From the NCBI GenBank assembly GCA_017499595.2, contig CM039003.1, positions 3,100,001-3,164,000 on the forward strand: a stretch of 64,000 nt of DNA, given 5' to 3'. Position 1 is the first letter of the stretch. Each line of letters starts with the position of its first letter. Below, in pieces: positions 1 through 10,647 of the stretch. Source of the stretch: Psilocybe cubensis (lineage: Eukaryota). The translations under genes and the position numbers were made by a program. The notes beneath the pieces are model-generated. The model had not been told where the DNA came from. It searched no databases and saw nothing but the letters and a program-made list of their open reading frames with translations.

Positions 1-2744
1 TCAGAAATGGTGGAAATTAACCTCAATCCAGGGGCAGACGTTTGGTTATAGGATAGTTCCACGGCATAGTTCAATGCACCGCGCGTTATGGCTACTGCGT
101 TGTTAGTGCGCACTTCAACCACTAGAGGTGCATAAAGGGTCATTTCAATGGTGGTTGTTCCCGTAGAGACCTACTCCCATTGTATTAGTGTGATAATCAG
201 CCTCAAGGCTCATCTTTGAAAGCAGTTGCTGCTGACCTTCACGCTTTGCAAAGAAGTAGATGGATCTGGTTGGATAGCGGTTTGTTTCTTTCCGTTAACC
301 GCTATAGTACTCTGCTGGCTCTTGGCCCAGTCAGGGATACGAATCTGGAAGGTGAACGGGTGTGACGTTGTAACAGAATATTTAAACGTTAAACCGAAGG
401 GGTAGAGAGTATCGACAGAGACTACGATGTTTGTTAGTGCCCGCGGGACTTCGCTTGTTATTAAGAGACTGAAGCAATACCTTTGATGTCGTTCGCCTTC
501 CCAACGCTCCCAGAGAAGGTAGCAGGTCCCAACAAGGCATGTATAAGGCTCCCACTTTTCTCATCGGTCATGAACGAGTGCGACCAGAATTTCGGGTACG
601 CTTGAGGGTGATTGACAGTACAGCAAGGATAATTGCTGGACCGATAAAGAGTAGATCAGTATCAGATGCGTTGAGCGACAGGGGATACGCACGGTTCAAA
701 ACCAAAAACATTCGAGTTTGGTCCGTTATTCACCCAAGGGGAAGGGTTCATGTTCTTGGCCCATATCTGATTTACTGAGTCACCACACATAACATAAGCA
801 TACGAAGATAGTAAGAGAGAAGACACCATTACCCTCTTGATCGTATTGATGAGCTATGGTAGTGTAGAGAAGTCTGATAAGAAGAATAATATAGGAATTT
901 CTGTTCAGGGCACATACACCACCAATCATGCATAATTCCTGCAGGAAGAGCATTATACGCTAAAGCAAATAAATAAGAATAAGACTTGGTTGATCAATAG
1001 ATTGAAGAGAACTCGCCAATTTTTTCAACCCTGTCAGCGACGGTGTTGTTTCCGAGGATAGAGTAAATTGTAGCCAGGGAAAATATTTGTTCCCTGATAA
1101 AAAATATCAGAACGACTAACGATGCTTTGGTACAACGATATCTGCTCACACAACTGCGCACAACTCCGTACTACGTTTAAATCAGCACAGGGGGTGATTA
1201 TACAGTCACAATCAGAAGGCAAGCTCACCCCCTGGAAGGATTGAGTCCAGCCATATGCTCATCCGCGGAGAATGTGCCTTTACATTTTCAGTCTTTGTCA
1301 GAGTAACAAGGAACACATGGGCTCACCAGACGCTCTTCCATGGTATGTGTAAATCATGTCCAATCTATCAAACGTACTTTGAATATCCGAGTCATCACCA
1401 GTAAATCGCCAGGCCAGAGCCTCGGATTTGAGTGCTGAAGGAAGACGGTTAATGAAAAAAATATAATAAACTTGTCGAAAAATGGTAAAAAATGGTACCT
1501 TCAGCGGTGTTAACTCCATGGCTAAGAATGGGGAAGAAATCATTAGATGGTAGGTGAAGACAAATAATGAGAACTCACGTTTGCATCGTAAGTTGGTTTG
1601 AGGGAACAGCCTGCTTCGGGAAGATGGAATCTACAAACCAATCGTTCTTCCACGAGTATCCAGAGTCCCGGACAAGTTGCATAGTCTCAAGAAGTTCTGC
1701 TTCCTTGCCTTGAAAAGATCGTCATTGTAGTACAATTTTCTTTGCGCAAAGATTGGGAGTACCTCTCGGTTCAGTATCATAGAGCCATTGGAGCGAGTAG
1801 ACTAACTGGTGAGACATGTATCTTAGAACATTCGTATGCACGCGTCGCAAGAGCTACGCACCTCTTCCCATCTGACGTACTGGTAGTCAAATTGGAAACC
1901 CTGGTCGGGAGTTCCCTGTTGATTGGTCTTCCAGAGCGTGTTTGCGAGCGACATAAACTTGTGCATTGCATCTATGATGCGCTCTGACTGGGATGGATCT
2001 GCTTCTGCGTATTGCTGACCCATTTATGAACATACAGCCAAACTGCCATAAAAAGAGAAGCATACAATGAGACCCAAAAGGACCAGATATCGCGGCCATA
2101 CGAGCCTAGGAGTCGTAGAGTTCGCTATAAGCGGTTCAGGTCCGATCCAGCCGTCTTCACCCTGATGTTCCAACGTCCAGTCCAGAAAGTTCTTAACTTG
2201 GCCCATTAAGCGATCATCTTCGAGTTGGAACGCCAGGGAAACCATTCCATTGCTAGTCAAAAGGTTCGTCATGCGACCAGACTTTTTTTAGAAATAGATA
2301 AAGTACGTACAACCAGTATGGAGCAGCTTCATGCATTTCGCTGTACTCGATGGAACCTCCTTCGACCCAAATGGACCCGTTGACACTGCAGAGAAAGTGT
2401 CGGAAAAAGACAGATGAAGGAGAGCGGGGAACGCATACTAGCTATCGAAGTCGCGAAGGTGGCCAGCTAATCCATTTGCCTGCACATTGGCTTGATCGCG
2501 CGCCCACCCTGCAGGCTTGGCCGACCCAGTTGGCGCTCTTTTAAAAAGCGGTGCTCGTACTGAAATGACATTAACAAACACGAAACGTCAAAAAGGGGGA
2601 TGTAATTTATGTTTTGTCTGCGTACAAGTTGAAGCAGCAGTCGCTAGAGCGATATGTCCGCAAATAAAGGACTTCAGCAAGATTCGCTATAGCGATATTT
2701 CAGCTCCGAAAAAATGAAGTATCGATATGCTTACACACCATCAT
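1..2744 (-). CDS. GH127/DUF1680-type glycoside hydrolase (beta-L-arabinofuranosidase-like), multi-exon, 3' end runs out of the window
   Basis: Spliced minus-strand exons give PTGSAKPAGWARDQANVQANGLAGHLRDF, EAAPYW/FNGMVSLAFQL, LEHQGEDGWIGP, WPRYLVLLGL and NYPCCTVNHPQAYPKFW (the CC motif of GH127). A short hydrophobic N-terminus suggests secretion. Start is approximate. Confidence 0.8.
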
Positions 2745-3569
2745 CGGATTGTAGGTGACCGAGTGTCCACACGGAGCTCTTTGGATGTTACTGGATTTTA
2801 TAGGGTATAAGCGTCACTTGTTTCCAAACTTCTTGTGCCTACCTTCTACTTCTCGTACACCATAACGGTCCGTTTGGGTTCTCCAACACCACATGCACCA
2901 CTTTCTTTCTTTCGAAGTCGTTTTTGAAGACGGCCCGTATTAATGATATCTCATAGAATGATACGTCATTTGACACTCAATAGATAGTTGAATTTCGGAG
3001 TATTCGAATCCGACCGTCAGACGGGTGCAAAGTGATTGCCTCCCGAAGTCGTTTGTTTGGACCAGAATCAGACGTAGAAGTCTAAGCCTATATACTAGTA
3101 GAAGGTCAGGCGGTTATATGCAAACAAGGAACGTCAAACCTTGTAAGTATATCTAGTATAGTAGACATCAGGCCCGTGAATCCTGGCTTAATGTACACAT
3201 TGTTATCTACTTCATGTTGTGGATCAAAAAGACGAGAGTCAGGAGAAAATGTATAACTGGTCAATGTAGCCACTTTAGGGCCGGGTCACACGGTCTTTCG
3301 ACGTTAATTCATGCCCTTACTCAGTTCGGAAGACACACATCTTCTCAACTCCGTAGCTCTCATATGGCACTCGTTACTGTAGTAATGAACTGAATCCCGA
3401 ATGTTCGACGTGCATTTGACTACCCGACTACATAGTTGGCAGCGTCTGCAAGGCAGTGCTTTACTTTCGATTCTCATGGTCAGTGGAAGTACAGCCTTGA
3501 AACCCGGGCAGATGTAAATGGACTATGTACTGAACTCGTTGTAGGCCCTTTATTCCCTGTTCTTCATTA

Positions 3570-4887
3570 ATGGACATCGCTAGCACAGTCTACACTATCA
3601 CATCCGGGATCATCGATTTCGTCGCAGAGCACGGTGCCAAGGATTCATTGCAGGAGCAAATTTCAGACATTGTCCTTCAAATTCGAAACGTCGTTGGGCC
3701 CCTCATCATACGAGATGTTGACAACATTCCATTACAGCAAACACTCCAGGGAATGCAGAACGTGCTTTCAAATGTCGACAGTCATCTACGATCGTGGAAG
3801 GAGAGTCGCAGCCGCAGAATGCTAGCTCTCGTCAATCCATGGGCAGTCACACAAGAAATCAAAGAAGATCGTGTACAGCTCATGCACCAGTATATCTTAT
3901 TGATGGGGGCAATGCAAGTCGTTAATCATATCTTCGTCAGAGGATACAACTATCTACCTCCCCCTCCGCAATCTGCCGCCCCACTCACCCCACAATCGCT
4001 ACGTATCCAACAACTTCATCTTCCCGCTGCAGAGGAAGAGGTTTTACAATTCTGGCATTCTCGTATTGGAGGCGATGTGAGTATTTTGTGATTTCCAGTT
4101 GGGTGTCACCGTTCTTATTTTTGACAGTTTGAAGTCGTCAAGAGCCAGGATTTGTGCAACCATCTGGCGTCATGGCTCAATATCAAGTTGGGTCCTCTTT
4201 CTCGTCGGCGCCTTCTTCTGCGACTGGATGAGCACAATACTGGACATGTAACGCTCAAAACCCTTCAAGATCTGGTTCAGAACACCAAGATGAAAGATAC
4301 TATCAAATTGTATACGTCAAGTGTGTATTATATACATCGTTCGGTACATCCTTTGACATTTTTCGACACAGATCCTAAATTCCCCTTATTGATATGGATA
4401 TCCGACGACCTTGCATTGAATGCGCCTAAGGTTGCGTTCGCTCTGGAAAAGGGGGTTTCAGTTGTCCAGTTAGCCACAACGGCTACAGCCAAAGCCTGGA
4501 TAAATGCAAACCGAAGTAAATTCACTGCTTGTCGTCATGTAATGCGTCGGTATTGACTTCTATGTCATAGATTTTTTGTTGAAGCACGATAATGCTGGGG
4601 AAATTCGATTTATCTCAGATCAGTTTCGCAAAGAACTGAACGCAAAGGGTGAAGCTGTCCCTAATCGCAATGCAGGAAACCAAATTATCAAATTCATACG
4701 GGACAAGGGCTTCCAGGCTCCTATTTTGATCTATACCAACAAAAAGAGCCTTCACCTGACGCGTTATGTGGAGTCATATCCCAATGCGGGTTCCGCTGCA
4801 GGCCACCCGGAGGTGTATCAGGAATATATATCTGCTTTGGGTTCACGTCGGGTCGATGATAGAGAGTGGATGAAGTTCGGTGCATAA
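3570..4887 (+). CDS. 4-helix-bundle (MLKL/Cbl-N-like) + EF-hand-like + receiver-like domain protein, paralog 1 (4 exons)
   Basis: ORFs 3570-4091, 4152-4556 and 4576-4887 join through GT..AG introns at about 4077-4127, 4321-4370 and 4516-4570. Motifs: FWHSRIG, LLRLDEHNTGHVT, LLIWISDD, IRFISDQ, AGNQIIKFIR, PILIYT. Confidence 0.8.
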
Positions 4888-5443
4888 CACTTCCCGGTAG
4901 CATTGCACAATGTGTTTTGCTCGTCAAGCAATCTCTGGTTCGCTTGTTCTGACATCTTGTCGATGATAAAACACCCATTGGTCATCGTTTTGAATACGCT
5001 TCGCGTTAGGATGATCAATCGGCCTTTCTCACACTAACTCTCAGTTAGTCCTCAGGCCTCAAGTCCCATTTTCTGATGCAGTACTCTCGACACATTCCAT
5101 TACTTGTAACTCGGTCCAAAGTGAAAGAGTACCTTCCCGTATCAATACCGTGCAGCGTTACCGCGTGTTACATACATATGTATATGATTCAATATACTGG
5201 ATCCAGATTAATCCAATGTAGCATGATTTGCACATTTGTATGTCCCTTATCTGGAGTGATGTTACTACAATATTCTTCCGATCGTCTCCTTTACGATAGT
5301 ACCCCTAACGCGCCATGGCGGTGCGACAACGTTCATCAGCTGATCAATCACCTGATAGGTTTGCTGACAAAGAAAGCTTTCCAAGTTCCAGCACAGCATA
5401 CCTCTTCATCCCACCACTTTTGCTCCCAACAACAAACTTCTGT

Positions 5444-6810
5444 ATGTCAGGCTACCCTGAACAGACTATTCCGCTCCTCCCAACAGAAATTATTGAATAT
5501 GTGTTAGATTTTGTCGAGTCAGAAGTGGATCTGATGTCTTTGAAGGTTTGCTCTTTGGTGAACAACACTTTCCGCATGTTATCACAGAAACGTATCCTCA
5601 AGTCCATCGCATTTCACGAGTTCAATCAACTCTGCAACGAAGATCACTATAGCTCTGTGGCACGGCTCGCTGAAGACGTCGAGGGACTCCCCCAGTTTCG
5701 GTTGTATGTCCATAAACTCGTATTACCGTCCGTCTGGGTCCTTGAGTATGATAAATTCTGCTCCCCATCTGACTATCAGCTACTGGGGAATTTATTGTCA
5801 GATTTTCCCAATCTTTACTGCCTTTCTGTAACAAGCCGCCGATCATCATTTAAAAGCACCCGACAGCCTTACGAGTGGAACCGACAATCGAATTCTGGGA
5901 TCCAAGAAACCTTATCCCACTTCTTTCAACGTCAGAGTAGGCTAACGGAATTGGACCTCACTGGAATTCATTTTTTCCCCATAAAACTATTGCGACATGC
6001 TTTTCATTTAAAGCGACTGTCGATATCGTCCTTCCAACCACTGTTTTTGATGGACGATACTGAAATGCCGGTTTCTACTGCTGTGCGCCCGCAGCTGGAG
6101 TTTTTGCATATGGTATACCCAGCTGTCTTGGCGTTTGGAGATCCATCGTTTATCCATTCAACATATTTTTTGGATTTCAAGCAATTAAAGACACTTAAGA
6201 TCGCTTACACTGGCGGAGAGCGTCCCGGGGATGCTCAGGAATTATGTCTCGTGTGTCCAAATGTTCCTCATGTATACATTGATATATTGTGCAACTCCGG
6301 TACGCCATTGCACAAGTAAATCACGCGTCACTAGTCCTTAATGTTGGTTTTTCAGCATATTCATTGTACAACTCGGTTAATTACCTGCTTCGCGCACACG
6401 CTCGGGAATCTCTCCTAGATTTATCAAGATTTACAGCGTTGGAACATTTGACAGTCGAGGGAGTTCTCAAAGTACGCTCGTTTCACCAGCGGATTCTCAT
6501 CGACTACTTTCAGACTCCCATCCCTTGGGTCGTCGAAATATTGACCGTGATTTCCATTTCATCTCGCTCGGCTGAAACCTTGGCTAAATTAACGCTCAAA
6601 TTATCGTTTATCGACTTCCAGCTGTCGCTTATACCGCATCTTCACATTAACTGGGTTGCCCTTTGTTCAACTCTAGCCGTGCGTAACTTTCCGAATTTTG
6701 TAGTGCTCAATCTTCAGATTACCGGGTTGCCTCCTTCATTGTTGGCCAAGTTGAAAGAGGACGAGGTATTGGTAGAAATGCAGAAGGAGAGGAAACTTGT
6801 GTATATCTGA
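5444..6810 (+). CDS. F-box domain protein with LRR/RNI-like C-terminus (one intron about 6300-6356)
   Basis: N-terminal LLPTEIIEYVLDFV...LKVCSLVN..FR.LSQK is F-box-like. Leucine-spaced repeats follow (LTELDLTG, LKRLSIS, LKTLKI, LEHLTVEG). Confidence 0.7.
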
Positions 6811-6895
6811 AAAATATCCGTTGTAGAAGTTGGCATATCTTGATTTGTGAAACAGGTTTATCCTTTGATTTTTAAACGAATTCATCGAAAATTAT

Positions 6896-7159
6896 TTGAG
6901 TTTAATAGGAAGATTACAAAAATCCAATGAGAAGCTCTGGAGAAAACCGCGAGGAAATGTGAATAGCGCCTTATACATTGCCACCGTCAGCCTGAGAGCA
7001 CAAACGGTGTTGATCAAACCTCTGCTCGGCCCCAAGCGGCATGAGCTCACACATGAGGTTTCACATTCCAGTAAATGTCTAAACGGTGGGGGCAAAAACA
7101 TTGCTCTTCCAACCGCTCTATCACATTCCGAGCGAATCACCAAAACATTGTTTTCAAAA
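6896..7159 (+). repeat. Split direct repeat A1 (264 bp)
   Basis: Identical by eye to 11977-12240 (ttgagtttaatagg...gttttcaaaa). Confidence 0.95.
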
Positions 7160-7217
7160 GGATTTAAAAGCCTTGCTTTTCATCGATAACTTACAGCTAT
7201 CTCATCTTCACTGTATT

Positions 7218-8810
7218 ATGCATAATGTCCAACTTCAACATTCACCCACTCTTAACTCGAATGGCGATCAGGAACCGTTTGACGTGTCCCAATTCCCACG
7301 AAACGAAGGGTCCTCCAACACTTTATCTCCAGACCGCCATTCCTATCGACATAGAGAAAACTACGAACCATCCCAATCCAACGAGTGTCAGCTCGGCGGA
7401 CCGTCACGTTGTGTCAATCAACCTGAATACGTCACCCAATTTGAATTTGCGCAACGTCAGGGGCGATTTCGCCCCGCACAATTCACTCAATCGCAAAGTC
7501 AGAGGAGAGAAGAGGAAAGCGACTGCCGAATTGGAGCGCGAGACGTCTTTCATGACAGAGAATCAAACCGACCCGAAGTACAACATCTTGAGCAAAAACT
7601 CAGTCGAATCGTCCATCAATTCCAATCGCGACACTTGTCAAAGACCAAAGCACTATCCCAAGGACTCCAACTATTGGAATCCAACTCCTCAGTCGACAAC
7701 AGTCTCAAAGACAGTATCGTGTCCACCTTCTTACAAACAGTTGAATACAACGGTAAAGGAAAAGCCGTCGAAACCAATACATCACTCTTCCAACTTTCCC
7801 CACAACCTTCTTTCGCCTCGAGGCTCAACTCGCAACATATTTCGCATGTCCGACAGGAATCACACTCTCCCTCCATTCAAACACACAACTCCCGACACAC
7901 ACGCTCACCTTATTTACCACCGTACCCTGAACATTCCGTTGTACAAGAACAAGACTTGGACACGATTCTCGAAAGCCTTCAATCGTCAAACAAACATTCG
8001 CGTTCAGAATCCCCAGATTCACACTCCAGTTCAATTAAACGAACGAAACTCTACGAACACGACATGCCGTGGTTCGAAAGCAACCTTGAATGCACCACTA
8101 AAGACGACCCTCACATCACCAAAAACCTGCAACTCCTTCGACTCTACTCTACAGACATTGCAGCCGCCAAACGCTTCATTGCACTCTCCCCTAAAGCGCC
8201 CGCGAATTTCCCGATGTCTGAGTGGGAAAAAGTCTTCAGAGGCCAAAGTCTCAGCCTCGACCACTGCTTGTCATCACGATGTCGCGTGTCAATTGACACA
8301 GAGGCAACAACTCGCATCGGTAATGCCGAAATCCGCACAGGAGTCGTTGAACCGAAGCGAAAGGTTCACTCAGCACCAGATTGGTCGGCGGCATGGCGCA
8401 TTGCATCTCAGGCCACCGCGTTCGCATTCCCTCACCGAGCTGCGGAACTCAGAGAATACGGAGAATCAATCGAGGATGAATTCCTTGAGCGTGCCCCGTC
8501 TGAACACCCTCGAGTCATACTCTACGACATCGCCGTTCGGAACCAGGTTGCTGGTGGACAACACTACTCGCTTACAGACCATGGAAGATTCCTCCGACTC
8601 TACTCATCCATATTGCTCCCAGGCGGACGCGAGTACTCCGAACATAACTCACGACGTTCAGGCAACAACAATCGCAACGGACGCCGTCCCGATGTCTGCA
8701 ACAGGTTCAACTCTGAACGCGGATGTCCCCTTCCACAAAACGAGTGCCGATATCGACATGTGTGCAAACGTTGCCGAAAATCCGGCCACTCTGTCGAAAG
8801 CTGCAAGTAA
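7218..8810 (+). CDS. Retrotransposon ORF1 (gag-like) with C-terminal CCCH/CCHC zinc fingers
   Basis: C-terminus CNRFNSERGCPLPQNECRYRHVCKRCRKSGHSVESC. First ATG after repeat A1 is at 7218. Confidence 0.85.
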   Translation: MHNVQLQHSPTLNSNGDQEPFDVSQFPRNEGSSNTLSPDRHSYRHRENYEPSQSNECQLGGPSRCVNQPEYVTQFEFAQRQGRFRPAQFTQSQSQRREEESDCRIGARDVFHDRESNRPEVQHLEQKLSRIVHQFQSRHLSKTKALSQGLQLLESNSSVDNSLKDSIVSTFLQTVEYNGKGKAVETNTSLFQLSPQPSFASRLNSQHISHVRQESHSPSIQTHNSRHTRSPYLPPYPEHSVVQEQDLDTILESLQSSNKHSRSESPDSHSSSIKRTKLYEHDMPWFESNLECTTKDDPHITKNLQLLRLYSTDIAAAKRFIALSPKAPANFPMSEWEKVFRGQSLSLDHCLSSRCRVSIDTEATTRIGNAEIRTGVVEPKRKVHSAPDWSAAWRIASQATAFAFPHRAAELREYGESIEDEFLERAPSEHPRVILYDIAVRNQVAGGQHYSLTDHGRFLRLYSSILLPGGREYSEHNSRRSGNNNRNGRRPDVCNRFNSERGCPLPQNECRYRHVCKRCRKSGHSVESCK

Positions 8811-10647
8811 TCCATTTTCCGCTGCTTTAGGGTCACGGCCATCTTACTTGAGGCATAACCTATGGCCCGCTTATCCTAATTTATCCCCAACCGCCGCCGA
8901 TTGGACTGAAACTGCTATGCCTCTATCTCGCCCCTCTAATCTAGAATATCAGAATGTTCCCGCTATGCAAACTATTAGTAAAAATCCCGATTTGTTCAAG
9001 ATCATTACTCCCATTAATGTCGATGTCTTTGAAAGCCTATTAGTTGATCATCCAAACCAACCGTTTGTCAAATCGGTTTGCGATGGTTTTCGCTATGGTT
9101 TTTGGCCATGGGCTGATACTTCTTCATTCCCGTTAACTCATGACGAGTCTCGTCCTACACCAAGTGATCATGGTAAAGCTGAATTTCTTCGATCTCAGCT
9201 TAACGAAGAACAACAAAAGGACCGGTTCTCAACCTCTTTTGGTCCCGATCTACTTGACGGCATGTATTCTATGCCTGCGCACGCGGTTCCTAAACCCAAC
9301 GGCGTAGATTTGCGCCTTGTGACTGATCATAGTGCTGGAAAATTCTCACTCAACTCTATGATTGATCACGATAAGGTGACGGGGTATCCTCTTGATAATA
9401 TGAGTCACTTGGGCGAAATGTTATTACATTTTCGTGCCTTACACGGTGACGATAAGCTCGTAATGTGGAAATCTGATATTGCTGAAGCATATCGTCTTCT
9501 ACCTATGCATCCGCTGTGGCAATTAAAGCAAGTTAACACTGTTGACGGCCTGCGTTACATTGACAGATGCAACGCCTTTGGAAATTCGGCTTCTGGGTCT
9601 ATTTTTATTGCTTTTAATGCACTTGTTGCCTGGATAGCAACACGCAAACGCGGTATCGACTACCTCGCCAATTATGTTGATGACTCTTCGGGTTTTGATC
9701 TCGAAGGCAACACATCTTATTACGAACCTTACCAAAAACATCTTCCTTATCATCAAGCGATTTTACTCCGTCTCTGGGACGAACTAGGCATCCCCCACAA
9801 AGAGAAAAAACAACTTTCTGCAAACATTCTGCCCGTCATAGGTGTCGAAGTTGATCCTAATCATATGACTTTCGCTATGCCTTCTCATTCCAAAGAAGCA
9901 TTAATAGAAGCAATGAAAACGTGGGCAATTAAGCCTCCTAGTCGCAAAGCAACCAACTTCAAACTTAAATATTGGCAACAAATGGCCGGGTGGATAAACT
10001 GGGCACTGAACGTCTATCCCCTCTTGCGTCCCTGTCTGAATAATTTCTACCCAAAGACAGCTGGCTTATACAACCCTTTTCGCAATATTCGCGTCAATGA
10101 CCAAATTCGCAATGATTTTCTATGGGCTATCAAACATTTAGACAATTCGGACGGGGTACACTTGCTGCAATCTCGGGAATGGGATGTATCTCAATCCGAC
10201 TTTGTGATCTATTGCGATGCTTGCCCTGACGGAATGGGATTTTGGTTCCCATCATCCGCTCAAGCCTTTTATTCTTCAACTCCTCTTCAAAGCAATACAT
10301 CCATTATCTTTTATTATGAAGCGTTATGTGTTTACTGTGCCTTGGCAAACGTTGCCAAGATTGCTGGTTACGGAAACAAAGTTACCATATTCACCGACAA
10401 TTTGAATACGGTGGCAATATTTTCATCTCTGGCGTGTACACCTCAATTCAACGAGCTTTTAAAAGCCTCCGTTGACCTTGTTCTTGACAAGAACCTTAAA
10501 CTACGAATCTTACACGTGCCAGGTGACGAAAATACTGTGGCAGACGCTCTGTCACGCTCCCAGTTCTCGACTGCACTGACGATCGAACCGAGACTTGAAA
10601 TTTCACCTTTCCAACCTCCTCCATGGTCGTTGGAAAGAACACTGTAA
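7225..10647 (+). CDS. Retrotransposon reverse transcriptase / RNase H ORF; the recognisable part starts near 8800 and the 5' part overlaps gag
   Basis: LRLVTDHS, WKSDIAEAYRLLP, AFG and YVDD are RT motifs. CDAC, YYEAL, IFTDN and HVPGDENTVADALSR are DIRS-type RNase H motifs. Confidence 0.9.
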   Translation: MSNFNIHPLLTRMAIRNRLTCPNSHETKGPPTLYLQTAIPIDIEKTTNHPNPTSVSSADRHVVSINLNTSPNLNLRNVRGDFAPHNSLNRKVRGEKRKATAELERETSFMTENQTDPKYNILSKNSVESSINSNRDTCQRPKHYPKDSNYWNPTPQSTTVSKTVSCPPSYKQLNTTVKEKPSKPIHHSSNFPHNLLSPRGSTRNIFRMSDRNHTLPPFKHTTPDTHAHLIYHRTLNIPLYKNKTWTRFSKAFNRQTNIRVQNPQIHTPVQLNERNSTNTTCRGSKATLNAPLKTTLTSPKTCNSFDSTLQTLQPPNASLHSPLKRPRISRCLSGKKSSEAKVSASTTACHHDVACQLTQRQQLASVMPKSAQESLNRSERFTQHQIGRRHGALHLRPPRSHSLTELRNSENTENQSRMNSLSVPRLNTLESYSTTSPFGTRLLVDNTTRLQTMEDSSDSTHPYCSQADASTPNITHDVQATTIATDAVPMSATGSTLNADVPFHKTSADIDMCANVAENPATLSKAASNPFSAALGSRPSYLRHNLWPAYPNLSPTAADWTETAMPLSRPSNLEYQNVPAMQTISKNPDLFKIITPINVDVFESLLVDHPNQPFVKSVCDGFRYGFWPWADTSSFPLTHDESRPTPSDHGKAEFLRSQLNEEQQKDRFSTSFGPDLLDGMYSMPAHAVPKPNGVDLRLVTDHSAGKFSLNSMIDHDKVTGYPLDNMSHLGEMLLHFRALHGDDKLVMWKSDIAEAYRLLPMHPLWQLKQVNTVDGLRYIDRCNAFGNSASGSIFIAFNALVAWIATRKRGIDYLANYVDDSSGFDLEGNTSYYEPYQKHLPYHQAILLRLWDELGIPHKEKKQLSANILPVIGVEVDPNHMTFAMPSHSKEALIEAMKTWAIKPPSRKATNFKLKYWQQMAGWINWALNVYPLLRPCLNNFYPKTAGLYNPFRNIRVNDQIRNDFLWAIKHLDNSDGVHLLQSREWDVSQSDFVIYCDACPDGMGFWFPSSAQAFYSSTPLQSNTSIIFYYEALCVYCALANVAKIAGYGNKVTIFTDNLNTVAIFSSLACTPQFNELLKASVDLVLDKNLKLRILHVPGDENTVADALSRSQFSTALTIEPRLEISPFQPPPWSLERTL

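Noticed and set aside
6980-7090. Hammerhead-like pieces in repeat A (caccgtc...ctgagag...aaacggtg)
   Set aside because: The CUGANGA and GAAA core is incomplete and there is no room for stems I and II. At most it is a generic hairpin.
6892-7189. Short ORFs overlapping repeats A1, A2 and B (e.g. 6896-7189, 11929-12321, 12782-13039)
   Set aside because: They recur only because the DNA is repeated, and they have non-ATG starts and no recognisable motifs.
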